The notes below the pieces were generated by a model. The model was given only the letters and a program-made list of their open reading frames with translations. It ran no database searches and was not told the DNA's origin. From IMG/VR virus record IMGVR_UViG_3300042374_001687, positions 64,001 to 128,000 of that record: 64,000 nucleotides of DNA; one strand, written 5' to 3'. Below are positions 36,707 through 46,873 of this stretch, piece by piece. The position numbers and the translations under genes were made by a program. The first letter of the stretch is position 1. Each line of letters starts with the position of its first letter. This stretch comes from a virus.

Positions 36707-37883
36707 ATTCATATGGTTTGTGCGTAACCACGACTTCCTTTTTGCCCAATATGTCAAGAAGATTGATGCCTAGAGCATGGATGTCTTTCTTCAAAAAAAT
36801 ATTGTACTCAATATTAGGATTATTTTTGACATATTCTCTTGCGCAATCGTACTTCATCTGGGTCTCCAGACTATCGTGAAGATAATCCGCTTTGATTTCG
36901 CAAAGAGACAAAACTGAATTGTTTTGATACTTGACCAAGAAGTCAGGAAAATAAAGACCGATATTGCCATTGTCTTTCTTGTAGGGAATACAGAAGGGTT
37001 CATAATCGTACCATTCAACCAATTCTGAATGATCCAAGTGCCAATGGTAAATCAATTCAAATCCAGACCTGAACATGGGATTGGACTTCTTGCACTTTAT
37101 AGAATCGTAATTACCCCGCCAAGTGTTCTTGTGCCCAGCATTCCATTTTCCTTGAAGTATTAGTTCAGTTATGGTTTCCCTCTGCTTCTGGTTCCACTCC
37201 TCCGGCCTGACGATACCCTTTGCCCAAGGGTTCGCCCACGACTCGGCCAGCCACTCCTTGCAGTTCTCACGGAGGTAGTCCTTCATCTCCGGCAATTGGT
37301 TGTAGTGTTCTACTCCGTAGCGCTGGAGGGTGGTCTGAGCCATCTTTACCCTGACCTCGGGGGCTTGGGCGGCGTTCTCGACCCCATAGCGCTCTAAGTT
37401 GGTCTTCCTTGCTTTCTTCTTAATCTCCTCGGCTTGCATGGGATTGTCTACGCCGTATTTATCTTGCACGGTTTGTCGCTGACGCTCCTTGGTCTCGTCA
37501 AGGTGCATGGGGTGTTCCACCCCGTACCTCTCCAAGGATGTCTGCCGGTGCTTCTCCACCCACTGCTTCTTAAAGTCCTCATCCTTGAACTTCGCTTTCC
37601 TTTTTTCCACAAGTTCCTTCTTGTTCATGGGCATTTCCGTGCCGTACTTCTTGAGGCAGGTCTTCTTGGCCTTCTCCTTGATTTCCTTTTTTTTCATGGG
37701 ATTCTTGCTCTTGAGGAAGCACTTGCGACATATGTGCTTTCCCTCGTTATCCCTGAAGTTCTTCTCGGCGTAGCGGAGTTTGAGCATCCGTTCACGCCCG
37801 CATTCATCAAAGCCCCCGTCGCAGTCATACTTGATCTTGACCTCGTGGCCCGGCAGTTTGCCCTCAATTTTTTCTAAATACAT
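36705..37883 (-). CDS. Putative homing endonuclease: 'T.LERYGVE.P' repeats + TnsA/gp4-like PD-(D/E)XK domain
   Basis: Five ~27-aa KYG/RYG repeats. C-terminal 'FRSGFEL...LD....YEPFCIPY...YFPDFLV...EIK'. Confidence 0.7.
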   Translation of the reverse strand: MYLEKIEGKLPGHEVKIKYDCDGGFDECGRERMLKLRYAEKNFRDNEGKHICRKCFLKSKNPMKKKEIKEKAKKTCLKKYGTEMPMNKKELVEKRKAKFKDEDFKKQWVEKHRQTSLERYGVEHPMHLDETKERQRQTVQDKYGVDNPMQAEEIKKKARKTNLERYGVENAAQAPEVRVKMAQTTLQRYGVEHYNQLPEMKDYLRENCKEWLAESWANPWAKGIVRPEEWNQKQRETITELILQGKWNAGHKNTWRGNYDSIKCKKSNPMFRSGFELIYHWHLDHSELVEWYDYEPFCIPYKKDNGNIGLYFPDFLVKYQNNSVLSLCEIKADYLHDSLETQMKYDCAREYVKNNPNIEYNIFLKKDIHALGINLLDILGKKEVVVTHKPYE

Positions 37884-37920
37884 ATTGATTTCTCCGATTG
37901 ATTGACTATTATATATGTAG

Positions 37921-39466
37921 TATGACAGACATAAAAAATCAATATCAAATGGCCAATATAATAGTGCTTGATGAAATCAAGGAACCTACATGGATGAAAA
38001 GGACGCTGGCGGCCGAGAGGGTAGCGAATCCGAATACATTCATCTTTTTCAGGCACGAATGGAACGAGCGTTCGGAGCATATACTTTCACACATCAATTC
38101 CTATTCGCAGGATCGGTTCAAAATACATGCACGAAAGTGCACCGTCAAAAAGATCAGGTCTAAGCAGCATAGGGATTTTTGCGACCTCCACCACATCCAA
38201 GGATCAAACAAACTAACCCTCTCTGCGTTCGGGATATTTTTAGGCGACGATCTTCTGGGCGTTCTGTCGCTCGGAAGGCATAACAGAGACAGCAAGGCGA
38301 CTGTGCTTGATCGTCTGTGTTTTAAGGCGGGGTGGCGGGTTGTGGGTGGAGCCAGCAGACTTTTCTCCGCCGCCAAGAAATGGGCCTTGGAGAACGGCAT
38401 CTATTCCATAGTCAGTTTCAGCGACAACAGAATGAGCCTGGGTACGGTTTACGAAAGGCTAGGTTTTGAGATTGATTGCGAACTGCCTCCCGATTACATC
38501 TACATCAAGGCTGACGACCCCGGCGTCGCCTTCAGCAAACAGAGCCAGCGCAAGAAAGTCACCGGATGTCCTTCCGATGTGACCGAGAAGGAGTGGGCAA
38601 GCAGGCAGGGCCTTGTTCAGGCTTTCGACGCCGGAAAGAAGAGGTGGTTGCTCAAACTCCGATTGCACAAAGAAGTGCCGTTGAAGAGCAGGAGGCAGGG
38701 ATATTACGAGACGAAAAAGGCCAACCCTAGGGTTTTGTACTACCAGTCCAGCTACGAACTGAAAGCGGCAACCATATTGGACGAGATGGACGATGTGAAT
38801 TCTTACATTAGCCAGCACACTTTCACGATGGACGGAAGGGAGAGGGTAACTGATTTCATAGTAACATGGAAGGACGGATCAAAAACCATACTTGAAATCA
38901 AGCCGGAAAGGAGGATTGAACAGTTCAGAGAGCAGATAGGGGACAACAAGGAGTACGCTAGGCGGAACGGGTGGAAGTTCCAAATATGGACGGAGAAAGA
39001 ACTCGGATTCCAAACCGAGTATTTCGCGACCAAGTGGGCCGACGAGTTCATATCAAAGATCACCAAAGTAGACTTCGTTCAAGAGAGAAAGGACAGAAAT
39101 CTCACCAAGTCAAAGAAATACTATGCCGAGAAGATCGCCACCAACAAGGTCTCCGTCTTCTGCGAGTACTGCCAGACGACGCATGAGGCTCTTAGATTGA
39201 CTCACGACAAGAACATAGCCCGCAACGGCCGGTACATTTGTGAACGCGAGGGAGGGCATATAGCGGGCAGCAAGCCCAAGCTCCATCTCAGAAAGGACAA
39301 CCCCCATGCCGCCGATGGGAAGAAGCAGTGCTTGGGTTGCAAGCAAGTTCTATCCTTTGATAATTTCGGCACGGACAAGGTTCGTGCGGACGGGTACGCC
39401 AGCAAGTGCAAGGAGTGCAGGAGGAAGGCGGCGAACGAGAAATATGCCAAGAAGAAGGCTACTTGA
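37921..39466 (+). CDS. Putative mosaic homing endonuclease (Hef-like acetyltransferase-fold domain + TnsA-like nuclease + Zn fingers)
   Basis: 'IHARKC.VK.I...F...HHIQG...GGASRLF', then 'YQSSYE...LD...TDFIV...ILEIKP', then C-terminal CxxC pairs. Confidence 0.65.
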
Positions 39467-39504
39467 TGGCCCCTACAAACTCCTCAATCAACTTTGGTAT
39501 ATTT

Positions 39505-39714
39505 TCATAGTCCCAGTAGGTGCCATATCAATTTTTTACCTGATCCAGCAGTGACTTTTTCCGGAGTTAAATCTCCATTTTGAATCAAAATGCACGCCAA
39601 ATTGACAACTGGGAGATCTTTCAGATTTACAATCTTGTATAGATGCTTATACTTATTCTTTTGGTGAAGAGTTTGCAGATAATTTTTGTAATCAGTGTGT
39701 TTGATTTTATACAT
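39505..39714 (-). pseudogene. Short AT-rich ORF, probable remnant at the edge of the glycan island
   Basis: 69 aa, following the GT gene; appears truncated. Confidence 0.3.
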
Positions 39715-39727
39715 GGGGTAGGAGTAT

Positions 39728-41974
39728 TCACATTAAACTTCTTATAATTTGAGAACAATAAGATTCATAAGACAACAATTGTTGTGAAATAAACTCAACC
39801 CTGTCGCCCACAGTTTTACCTTGCCCTTCAAATATTGGGTTGTAAAAAATAGGATTATTAAATTGTAAGTTTAAAATTTCTTTGTGGAAAACTCTAAGAT
39901 TTTCAAATATATTGATCCAATTAAACTTAAAATCGTCTTTTATGAATTTATCTATCGAGCTTACAAGTTCCTTTGAATTAAAATTAATACTTCTAAAATC
40001 TCTTCTTATATCAAAGTGATAGGAAGGCTCAAGATTTAAGTGATAATCACCACCACCATCACCAGAATTTAAATTATAAAAACAACCACTATTTTGATAT
40101 CTGTATATTTTTGTCATTGGATTTATCGGACCATAAATTATAAAACTAGGTGTGTTTAGTAGTTGTGCAATATGAGAAGGCCCAGAGTCTATGCCTATAA
40201 AAAGAAATGCATTATTTATAAAAACAAACATATCTTTTATAGATCCAACATCCCTTTGATCGAATAAAATATTTTTGTTTTTATATTCTTCTATTTTTTT
40301 TTCATACTCATTACAATAAAATTTATTTTCTTTTTTGAGTCTTTGTCCAATTAAAACAATTTTATAATCCCCAGAAAGATAATCTATCAGATCTATAAAC
40401 TTATCTTGCTTTGGCATCCTTCCTTCAAAACCTACTCTTTGAGAATCCAGATGTAGCACCACATATTTTTCTTCGATAGGATTAAAGTTAGAATCAAATT
40501 TTTCTATAAATTGCTTGATCAAGTAAGGGTTTGTATCTGTTTCAACAACATTTAGTTTTGCACATATCAAATCAATAGTGTGCATTGGGTATGAATAATT
40601 TAAACTAGTCAAATTGTAAATTGTATCATAATTTGCTTGATCAAAATCATTTACGATTTTTATTTTTGGTAGAAGTTCGTATAGAAAATTAAGTTTATTT
40701 GTGGACAAAGATATGTCAACATTATTTAATTTATGTTGCATTAAGCAACTAGAGACAGGGTATAGTGCATCTACCATATCTCCAAAACCATCTACATTCA
40801 AATTTATCAATATTCTGTTTTTAAATTCTTTTGATTTTAATGATAAATATTTTCGCCATCTACAAAGAAATTTAGATCTATTTAATTCAACAATAGAGTT
40901 TTTAATTGATTCTGGTATTTTATTTGAGCTTTGTGCTCTTTTATGATAAATTTTTATATTTATGTTTTCTTGCTCAAATCCAATTTGTTTTGCCCGTAGA
41001 CAAAAATCTACATCCTCGAAATAAAAATATCTATATAGGTTATCAAAACCGGACAATTGTTTAAAAACACAAGATCTTATGAATAAAACAGAGCCTTCGC
41101 TATAGTCTGGTGTTTGTTTATATTGAGTTTTAATATCGTGTCCACATCCAAATTCATTTACAAATTGAGGCAGATTAGATGAACCTACTATAGCGACATT
41201 TGGTCTTGATTCGAAAATATAAACCGCCTCATTCAGCCAATTAAAATCTTCTATTTCAATGTCATCGTTTAAACACAAAAACAAATCGCTTTCTTGTTGA
41301 TCAAAGTTTTTGTTGTGCCCTTTGCCATAACCTATATTATAGTTGTTGTAAAAACAAACTGATAGATATTTAAGTTCTGATTTAATTTGAAGGCAAGCGT
41401 CTTTTATAATTTCTTGATTACAATCAAAAGAATTATTTCTAATAAATAGTGTTATACTCTCACACCCCATTAGCTCCAATTGCTTGAAAATTCCATAACA
41501 TGTTTTTTTAATGAAATCTACTACAGATTGTTCTGGCTGGTATAGCAAAACGGATACTAACACTTTGGTTTTTGGTGACATTTTATACAGCTTGTTTTGA
41601 ACGTAGTGCTCTGTTGGTAAATCGAGCATGGATTTTTTGTATATCCTTTTTTCTTTTGAACCGTGTAGTAGAAAATGTTGTGCTGCTTTTTCTTTTGAGT
41701 CTAAGTGTTTTAACTCCTTGTATCTTTCAACATATGAGATCCAATCAAAATCTTTTGGTATCAAATTCTCTAGCTGGCTTTTATTTTTAAAATTATTGGG
41801 TGCATAAGTTTTATAATGATAAAATAACCTGTGTTTGTCGTCATAGTTATTCTCCGTGCAATAAGGCTGATAAAAATTTTTGGTTTCGGGATTTTGAGTT
41901 TGATAAAACGCTTCATCGAAATCTTCATCAATAGAATTGACTTCATAAAATTCTTTTATGTTTAAAATTTTCAT
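39728..41974 (-). CDS. Bifunctional glycosyltransferase (GT2 + GT9/heptosyltransferase-like)
   Basis: GT2 motifs 'NIGYGKGHN', 'LNDD' and 'YFEDVDFCLRA'. GT9 motifs 'GFGDMV' and 'FIGIDSGPSHIA'. Two 'DFD..Y...' modules at the N-terminus. Confidence 0.85.
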   Translation of the reverse strand: MKILNIKEFYEVNSIDEDFDEAFYQTQNPETKNFYQPYCTENNYDDKHRLFYHYKTYAPNNFKNKSQLENLIPKDFDWISYVERYKELKHLDSKEKAAQHFLLHGSKEKRIYKKSMLDLPTEHYVQNKLYKMSPKTKVLVSVLLYQPEQSVVDFIKKTCYGIFKQLELMGCESITLFIRNNSFDCNQEIIKDACLQIKSELKYLSVCFYNNYNIGYGKGHNKNFDQQESDLFLCLNDDIEIEDFNWLNEAVYIFESRPNVAIVGSSNLPQFVNEFGCGHDIKTQYKQTPDYSEGSVLFIRSCVFKQLSGFDNLYRYFYFEDVDFCLRAKQIGFEQENINIKIYHKRAQSSNKIPESIKNSIVELNRSKFLCRWRKYLSLKSKEFKNRILINLNVDGFGDMVDALYPVSSCLMQHKLNNVDISLSTNKLNFLYELLPKIKIVNDFDQANYDTIYNLTSLNYSYPMHTIDLICAKLNVVETDTNPYLIKQFIEKFDSNFNPIEEKYVVLHLDSQRVGFEGRMPKQDKFIDLIDYLSGDYKIVLIGQRLKKENKFYCNEYEKKIEEYKNKNILFDQRDVGSIKDMFVFINNAFLFIGIDSGPSHIAQLLNTPSFIIYGPINPMTKIYRYQNSGCFYNLNSGDGGGDYHLNLEPSYHFDIRRDFRSINFNSKELVSSIDKFIKDDFKFNWINIFENLRVFHKEILNLQFNNPIFYNPIFEGQGKTVGDRVEFISQQLLSYESYCSQIIRSLM

Positions 41975-42675
41975 AAGTAAAAATTCTCTATAAGATCTAA
42001 TTCTAATTTAAGTTTTTTTTCCAGATAGTTTTTTAAATTTTCGTTAATTTTTAAATCTTCTTTTTTGTTTTTGATATTGTTATATACATTTTTTAATTTT
42101 AGCGAAAAGGGATTAATTTGGTTAAATCTATCAATACAAGTCTGCATTTTTTCTTGGATAAAAATAAAGTTATATTTTTTAATTTCTTCTTTTGCTATTT
42201 CAAATTTTTCTTCTAAGCTTTTATCCTCATAGCCACAAAGCATATTCATTGTTTCGTGCCCAAATTTTGATATAAAACTATTTAATTCGTCTATTTTTAA
42301 ATCTTTTGGATGCTTTTTTTCAAAAAACAAACAGTGACTTATAAATCTGCTTATAGGATTTCTTATGGTAAAAATTCTATAGGTCTCCTCTTGTTTTAAA
42401 TTAAATTGATCTTCTATAAAGTTCGCGTAACTATGATCTATAAAAGCCTTTGTTCCTTTGTGTATTGCTTTTATGCAACACATATCTCTATGAAGACTTA
42501 TATTCCCATGTGTTAGCATAGAAATATAAGTCGGATTGTTTGAAAAATATTCGTTTTCTTTAAAAGCATCATGAAATGAATGCCTTAGGCTGCTCCCTGC
42601 ACATTTTGCCACATGATTTAATACTAAGTATCTAAACACTAGTAAATCCTTGTATATCCAAAACCTTGTTTCCAT
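41971..42675 (-). CDS. Sulfotransferase family 2-like protein
   Basis: 'HVAKCAGSSL' and 'FTIRNPISRFISH'. Confidence 0.75.
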   Translation of the reverse strand: METRFWIYKDLLVFRYLVLNHVAKCAGSSLRHSFHDAFKENEYFSNNPTYISMLTHGNISLHRDMCCIKAIHKGTKAFIDHSYANFIEDQFNLKQEETYRIFTIRNPISRFISHCLFFEKKHPKDLKIDELNSFISKFGHETMNMLCGYEDKSLEEKFEIAKEEIKKYNFIFIQEKMQTCIDRFNQINPFSLKLKNVYNNIKNKKEDLKINENLKNYLEKKLKLELDLIENFYL

Positions 42676-43982
42676 TATTCTCCATAAGATTTCTCCTCCA
42701 CTATTTGCGACTTGTAATGTAAATTTACATCTTTCTTTATTTTTGCTCTTATATCATTAAATTGATATACCTGTCTTGCGGTTTGTGTAAACTCATCATC
42801 AAATCGACCAGTAGATTCTATGTGTCTTATCTTATCTTCTACTTCCCAAAGTTTTTTGTTTATGTTTATCAATTTATCGAAAAATAATAAATAATTTTTA
42901 TCATAATTGATTTTTTTTGACTCTAATACAAGTTCTAAAGATTTAAGTTCTTTGCAAATGTTTTTGCTTTTTTTTTCATCGTTTATTTTTATTTTTTTAA
43001 TTGTTAATATCGTTACTTTATCAATCAAATCGCCAACAGATGTCGGGACAAATAATTTAGATTCTTCGTTTTTTTCTCCAAGAACATAAATTCTTTTGTT
43101 AAATTCCCTTATCATATTTCCAAACAATCTCTCAAAAGCGTGGGCAATTGTACCATCTGATTTGTGTCTTTTTTCAAAAATATCAACATTTAAATTTGTT
43201 AAAAAATAATTGATAATGTCATATCTAACAACAAACATGGTGCCATAAATAAAGTCTATAGTATTATCTTCAATCTTTAGAAGCTTTCTAATTTTATTAA
43301 AATTTTTTTCATTGATAAAATCTTGCTCATGAGTTAACGACAACCTTGTGTTTGGAGAGCCGATCATTCCAATCGATTCTTCAACCTCAAGAAGCAATAC
43401 TATAGAGCTTAAGTTTTTACAAAGATTTTTATAAACACTATTTCTAAAACAGTGTGTCCAAAATTCATTGGTTTGCGAAGACTTTTTAGTATGAAGTTTT
43501 AGGATATATTTATATTTTTTCCCAGTAGAGTTAATGTGTTGAATAGTTTTTACAAACGGAGCAATATCAGCTCCTGAATTTTTTAATAAAATTATATTCG
43601 ACTCTGGAATTTGTTCTTTAATTGTTTTTTCGTACTCTTTATTGTTTATTGTAATGTAGATATCTCTTGGAACATCTAAGTTTTTAATTAACGGTTTTAT
43701 TTCTTGCTCCCACACTTCAAAATAATGCACATGAACTATTATGCATATTTTATCCTTTATTGGACAGAAATCATAATCATAATAATTTAATAACTCTTTT
43801 CTATTTTTAAACCGCCCTATTCCTTCGTTTTTATAAAGACTATAATGATAAAACAACCTTCTTCTATCATCTATGTTGTTTTCTTGACAATAAGGCTGAT
43901 AAAAACAAATAGTCTCTGGGTATAGGGAGGAGTAGAAGTTTTCATCAAAATCAATGTCTATTGATATTTCTTTGATATCCAT
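42675..43982 (-). CDS. RgpF (rhamnan synthesis F)-like glycosyltransferase fused to a DUF6165-like domain
   Basis: 'IIVHVHY', 'NSGADIAPF', 'LKLHTKKS', 'GTMFVVR' and 'AHAFERLFG'. C-terminal 'SVGDLIDKVTIL.IK...LWEVED.IR...ND.RA.IK..N...IVEEKSY'. Confidence 0.8.
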   Translation of the reverse strand: MDIKEISIDIDFDENFYSSLYPETICFYQPYCQENNIDDRRRLFYHYSLYKNEGIGRFKNRKELLNYYDYDFCPIKDKICIIVHVHYFEVWEQEIKPLIKNLDVPRDIYITINNKEYEKTIKEQIPESNIILLKNSGADIAPFVKTIQHINSTGKKYKYILKLHTKKSSQTNEFWTHCFRNSVYKNLCKNLSSIVLLLEVEESIGMIGSPNTRLSLTHEQDFINEKNFNKIRKLLKIEDNTIDFIYGTMFVVRYDIINYFLTNLNVDIFEKRHKSDGTIAHAFERLFGNMIREFNKRIYVLGEKNEESKLFVPTSVGDLIDKVTILTIKKIKINDEKKSKNICKELKSLELVLESKKINYDKNYLLFFDKLININKKLWEVEDKIRHIESTGRFDDEFTQTARQVYQFNDIRAKIKKDVNLHYKSQIVEEKSYGE

Positions 43983-44142
43983 ATTTTTATTTTACTTTAG
44001 ATCTGGGTCATCACCAAGTCATAAAAATATTGACTCTCCCATTTGCGAAGGTGATAGTAAAAGGATTTAAATACGGCGGAAGGACGGTGAAAGCCGTGGT
44101 CAGCATAGATGCTTTTAAAAGAGATAGAGGCATAGATAAGGC

Positions 44143-44299
44143 ATGAAAACATTTAATGAATGGTTAGAATTGAGGGAGGCCGGTTTCTTCTCAAAAATTT
44201 CACGAATGGCTTGAATTGAAAGAGGCTGGGTTCTTCTCCGGTTTGTTCGGGAAGAAACCCGCTCCAGCGCCGGTCACGCAAGTCGGATCGGTGACATGA
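44143..44299 (+). pseudogene. Duplicated, out-of-frame capsid-targeting-like leader without cargo
   Basis: MKTFNEWLELREAGFFSK..* overlaps a +1-frame KFHEWLELKEAGFFSGLFGKKPAPAP...*. TAGATA upstream. Confidence 0.55.
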
Positions 44300-44375
44300 T
44301 CGTAAAGGTTGTTGCGAAGGGCTTCTTTAGACGTTCCGAAATAATGGTCCCTGCCTATGTTGAAAAAATAATCAA

Positions 44376-44768
44376 ATGAAACAACTACCCAGAAAGAAAC
44401 TTCCAAAAGAATTGGCTGTCATAAACGCAGATAATTGCACTGGGTGCGAGGCTTGCTTGGAGGTTTGCCCTGTTGATTGCATTATCAAGATTCAGCAACA
44501 TGACAAGTTCCATAATCTACAGAGTTGGTGCCAGATTGATTTGGACAGGTGTGTTGGCTGCGAGGTTTGTGTACATATTCCCGGAAAGAAGACCAATCCC
44601 TATGATCTGAAGGTTTGTCCTTGGGATGCGATTGAGATGGTTCCGACGGAAAAAGCAGCCGAAGTTGTTGCCCAGATTGGCGGTCCTCCCGAGTACATCG
44701 AGAAGAATTGGGATAATCTTGTAGGAATTGCGTATAATTTGGCGAAATTGAAGGCGGAGAATAAGTAG
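44376..44768 (+). CDS. 4Fe-4S dicluster ferredoxin
   Basis: 'CTGCEACLEVCP' and 'CVGCEVC...VCPWDAI'. Confidence 0.9.
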   Translation: MKQLPRKKLPKELAVINADNCTGCEACLEVCPVDCIIKIQQHDKFHNLQSWCQIDLDRCVGCEVCVHIPGKKTNPYDLKVCPWDAIEMVPTEKAAEVVAQIGGPPEYIEKNWDNLVGIAYNLAKLKAENK

Positions 44769-44782
44769 AAATGCCTACCAAT

Positions 44783-44820
44783 TAAAAAACGGCCCCCGAG
44801 TTTCCCCGGGGGCCGTTCTA
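44783..44820. terminator. Intrinsic terminator between convergent genes
   Basis: aacggccccc(g)...gggggccgtt stem with an A-tract. Confidence 0.7.
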
Positions 44821-44829
44821 TTAAATCAA

Positions 44830-45405
44830 TTAATACTTGATTATGTAGTTTAGGACTGCGAACGGTTGCATGTTGTTGTGCGCTTGGCCGCTGCCGACGC
44901 TAGTTGAAGCTGTGGAAACGGTAGTGACGGTGTCAATTTCATTTCCGCCATTATCCAAACTGCCTGGGGTGTTGAATCCGCTTTTCTGCACGGTGTTTGA
45001 GACATCGTGGGAGTGGCTTGGCATTTCACCGGCGGTCAAGGTGTGGGTTTCGGCTCCGCCCGTGGCGCCCATGCTCCTGGCGGTGAGTCCTGATCCGCTT
45101 CCTTGTCCGACGACCACTCTGCCCGCTAGGTTGGGCAGGTTGAATGTCGTGCTTCCGTCTCCCGCGCCGTATGTGGTTCCGATCACCGCGAATAGGTTGG
45201 GGTAATCTCCTCTGTAGAGTTCTTGACCTTGGCAGTTCAGCCAGCCGTTCGGGGCGTTGCTTGAGCTGTAGGCGAGCACCACGCCGACAGGCATGAGCAT
45301 CTCTGGGGGGAAGATATTTTCCTCTCTTACGACAGAGTTTTGTATTTTTCTTCTAATTTCCTCGACCGAACCTGGTCCTGTTCCTTCCGTAGTTGTTGCG
45401 GGCAT
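44830..45405 (-). CDS. Phage tail collar domain protein
   Basis: 'PVGVVLAY....APNGWLNCQGQ....YPNLFAVIGTTYG.GDG.TTFNLPNL.GR' and 'HNNMQP...LNYIIK'. Confidence 0.9.
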   Translation of the reverse strand: MPATTTEGTGPGSVEEIRRKIQNSVVREENIFPPEMLMPVGVVLAYSSSNAPNGWLNCQGQELYRGDYPNLFAVIGTTYGAGDGSTTFNLPNLAGRVVVGQGSGSGLTARSMGATGGAETHTLTAGEMPSHSHDVSNTVQKSGFNTPGSLDNGGNEIDTVTTVSTASTSVGSGQAHNNMQPFAVLNYIIKY

Positions 45406-45615
45406 GTTTTCCTCCTTGATATTAGGATGCCTTCACAATTATCTACTATTTGACTGGGAGAAAACTGGGTTGGTTCTTTAGAAAAATTATTCCGCGTGCG
45501 TTTGGAGAGCCGATCAAGCACTCTAATTTTGTGGTTAAGAGCGAAGTTCTGCGTTCTAATATAGTATTAAATATTGGCGATAAGAGCATAGATAATGAAA
45601 ACAAAAAGAGGCTTC

Positions 45616-46146
45616 ATGAAGACATTTTACGAGATGTTGCAGATATTGAGCGAGGAGGAATACGATGCGGAGAAAGACGCTCGTGCCATGGGATACAGTG
45701 GTGCGGCGGACGCTGACAGGAACAATTGGGGCAGCCCTGTCCGCCGAGATCCGAATGCCAAGATGACCCAGCAGGAAAAGAGCGAAATGTATCGGGACGC
45801 TGCGGAAAATCCCAAGACGATTGAAGAATTCGTGAAGTTCGTGAATGGAATGAAGAATCCTGTAGTTCTGAAGTGGAGGAAGGACGATACTTGGATTTCC
45901 GGCAATTTCTTGAGCGATCCCAGCAACTACATTGATCTAAAAGAACTTATCAATGGAATAGAAAAATACAGAAGTTTTAAAGAGTTTTGGAGGAGTCTGG
46001 ATCTTTCTCCCAAGGATCATATGATAATTGCAAACACGATAACGGGCTTGCTGCGTCAGGGTCTTCCAATGAGCGTCAGGGACGCCTTTGCGAGCGGGGA
46101 GTTGCGTTCCGGGGCTCCTTTCAGGAGCGGTAGCGGATGGGCATGA
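45616..46146 (+). CDS. Hypothetical protein with capsid-targeting-like N-terminus (MKTFYEMLQILSEE)
   Basis: GAGG RBS and TAGATA at 45589. Confidence 0.65.
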   Translation: MKTFYEMLQILSEEEYDAEKDARAMGYSGAADADRNNWGSPVRRDPNAKMTQQEKSEMYRDAAENPKTIEEFVKFVNGMKNPVVLKWRKDDTWISGNFLSDPSNYIDLKELINGIEKYRSFKEFWRSLDLSPKDHMIIANTITGLLRQGLPMSVRDAFASGELRSGAPFRSGSGWA

Positions 46147-46451
46147 TTAATTTTTACGGGTGGCTAGAATTGGCCGAGGCTCGGGCTCCAAAAGGCAGCC
46201 CCACCAGCCTTAACATATGGGTGATGTTTGACTCTCTGGAGAAGGGTGGCGGGGTGATATCCGACCGCGTGGAACCGACCAGCTTGAGTCATCTTCGGAG
46301 GTGTTTGGAGGCGGGTCTTCTAGAGCGTGGGGCTTCGGGAGGTTTTGTACCAACCCAGAATGGTATAGAGGCGATGGAGAAGGATCTCGCCGTCAAGATG
46401 TCGCGGGATCCTAATTACAAGAGGCCTGCGTGGATGGGTCCTGGCTCTTAA
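46143..46451 (+). CDS. Small protein with capsid-targeting-like N-terminus (MINFYGWLELAE), possible winged helix
   Basis: ATGA-coupled. 'LRRCLEAGLLER....GFVPTQNG' resembles a wHTH. Confidence 0.55.
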   Translation: MINFYGWLELAEARAPKGSPTSLNIWVMFDSLEKGGGVISDRVEPTSLSHLRRCLEAGLLERGASGGFVPTQNGIEAMEKDLAVKMSRDPNYKRPAWMGPGS

Positions 46452-46462
46452 AAAAATACAAT

Positions 46463-46798
46463 ATGAAAACTTTTAATGAATGGCTGGAAAAGAAGGCTGA
46501 GTCTTGGGATCCCGAGACCCAAAGGTACCTGGACTGGCGCAAGCAGTTCACTGCGAAGTTCCCGGTTGGAGAATACAACCCTAGGAACGGCATGGACAGG
46601 GACAACCTTTTCGCCGGGCGTATATCTTGGGTTCTTGACGAGTTTGGTGGCGGGGAGCATGGCAAAATATGGGATTACATCGGAGGCGTCAATCAGTCCG
46701 AAAACAACTACTACATGCTTCTGGAGAAGCTTGTGGAAAGGGAATTCCCGGAAATGCTAGTTCAGTGGAAGGAGGATGGCGGAGGACGGGACGGCTGA
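46463..46798 (+). CDS. Small protein with capsid-targeting-like N-terminus (MKTFNEWLEKKAE)
   Basis: ATG at 46463 with the shared N-terminal motif. Confidence 0.6.
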   Translation: MKTFNEWLEKKAESWDPETQRYLDWRKQFTAKFPVGEYNPRNGMDRDNLFAGRISWVLDEFGGGEHGKIWDYIGGVNQSENNYYMLLEKLVEREFPEMLVQWKEDGGGRDG

Positions 46799-46873
46799 AT
46801 TTATTTTTTGATCGTAGATTATGACAAATGGCCTTGTGAGTCGCCGGATACTTATCCATTATGTCTAAAAATC

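Noticed and set aside
33620-36708. Long antisense ORFs over the head genes (e.g. 35275-36708-, 34252-35133-)
   Set aside because: Expected by-product of strong GC3 codon bias in highly expressed genes; the sense-strand proteins are clearly gp21/gp22/gp23-like.
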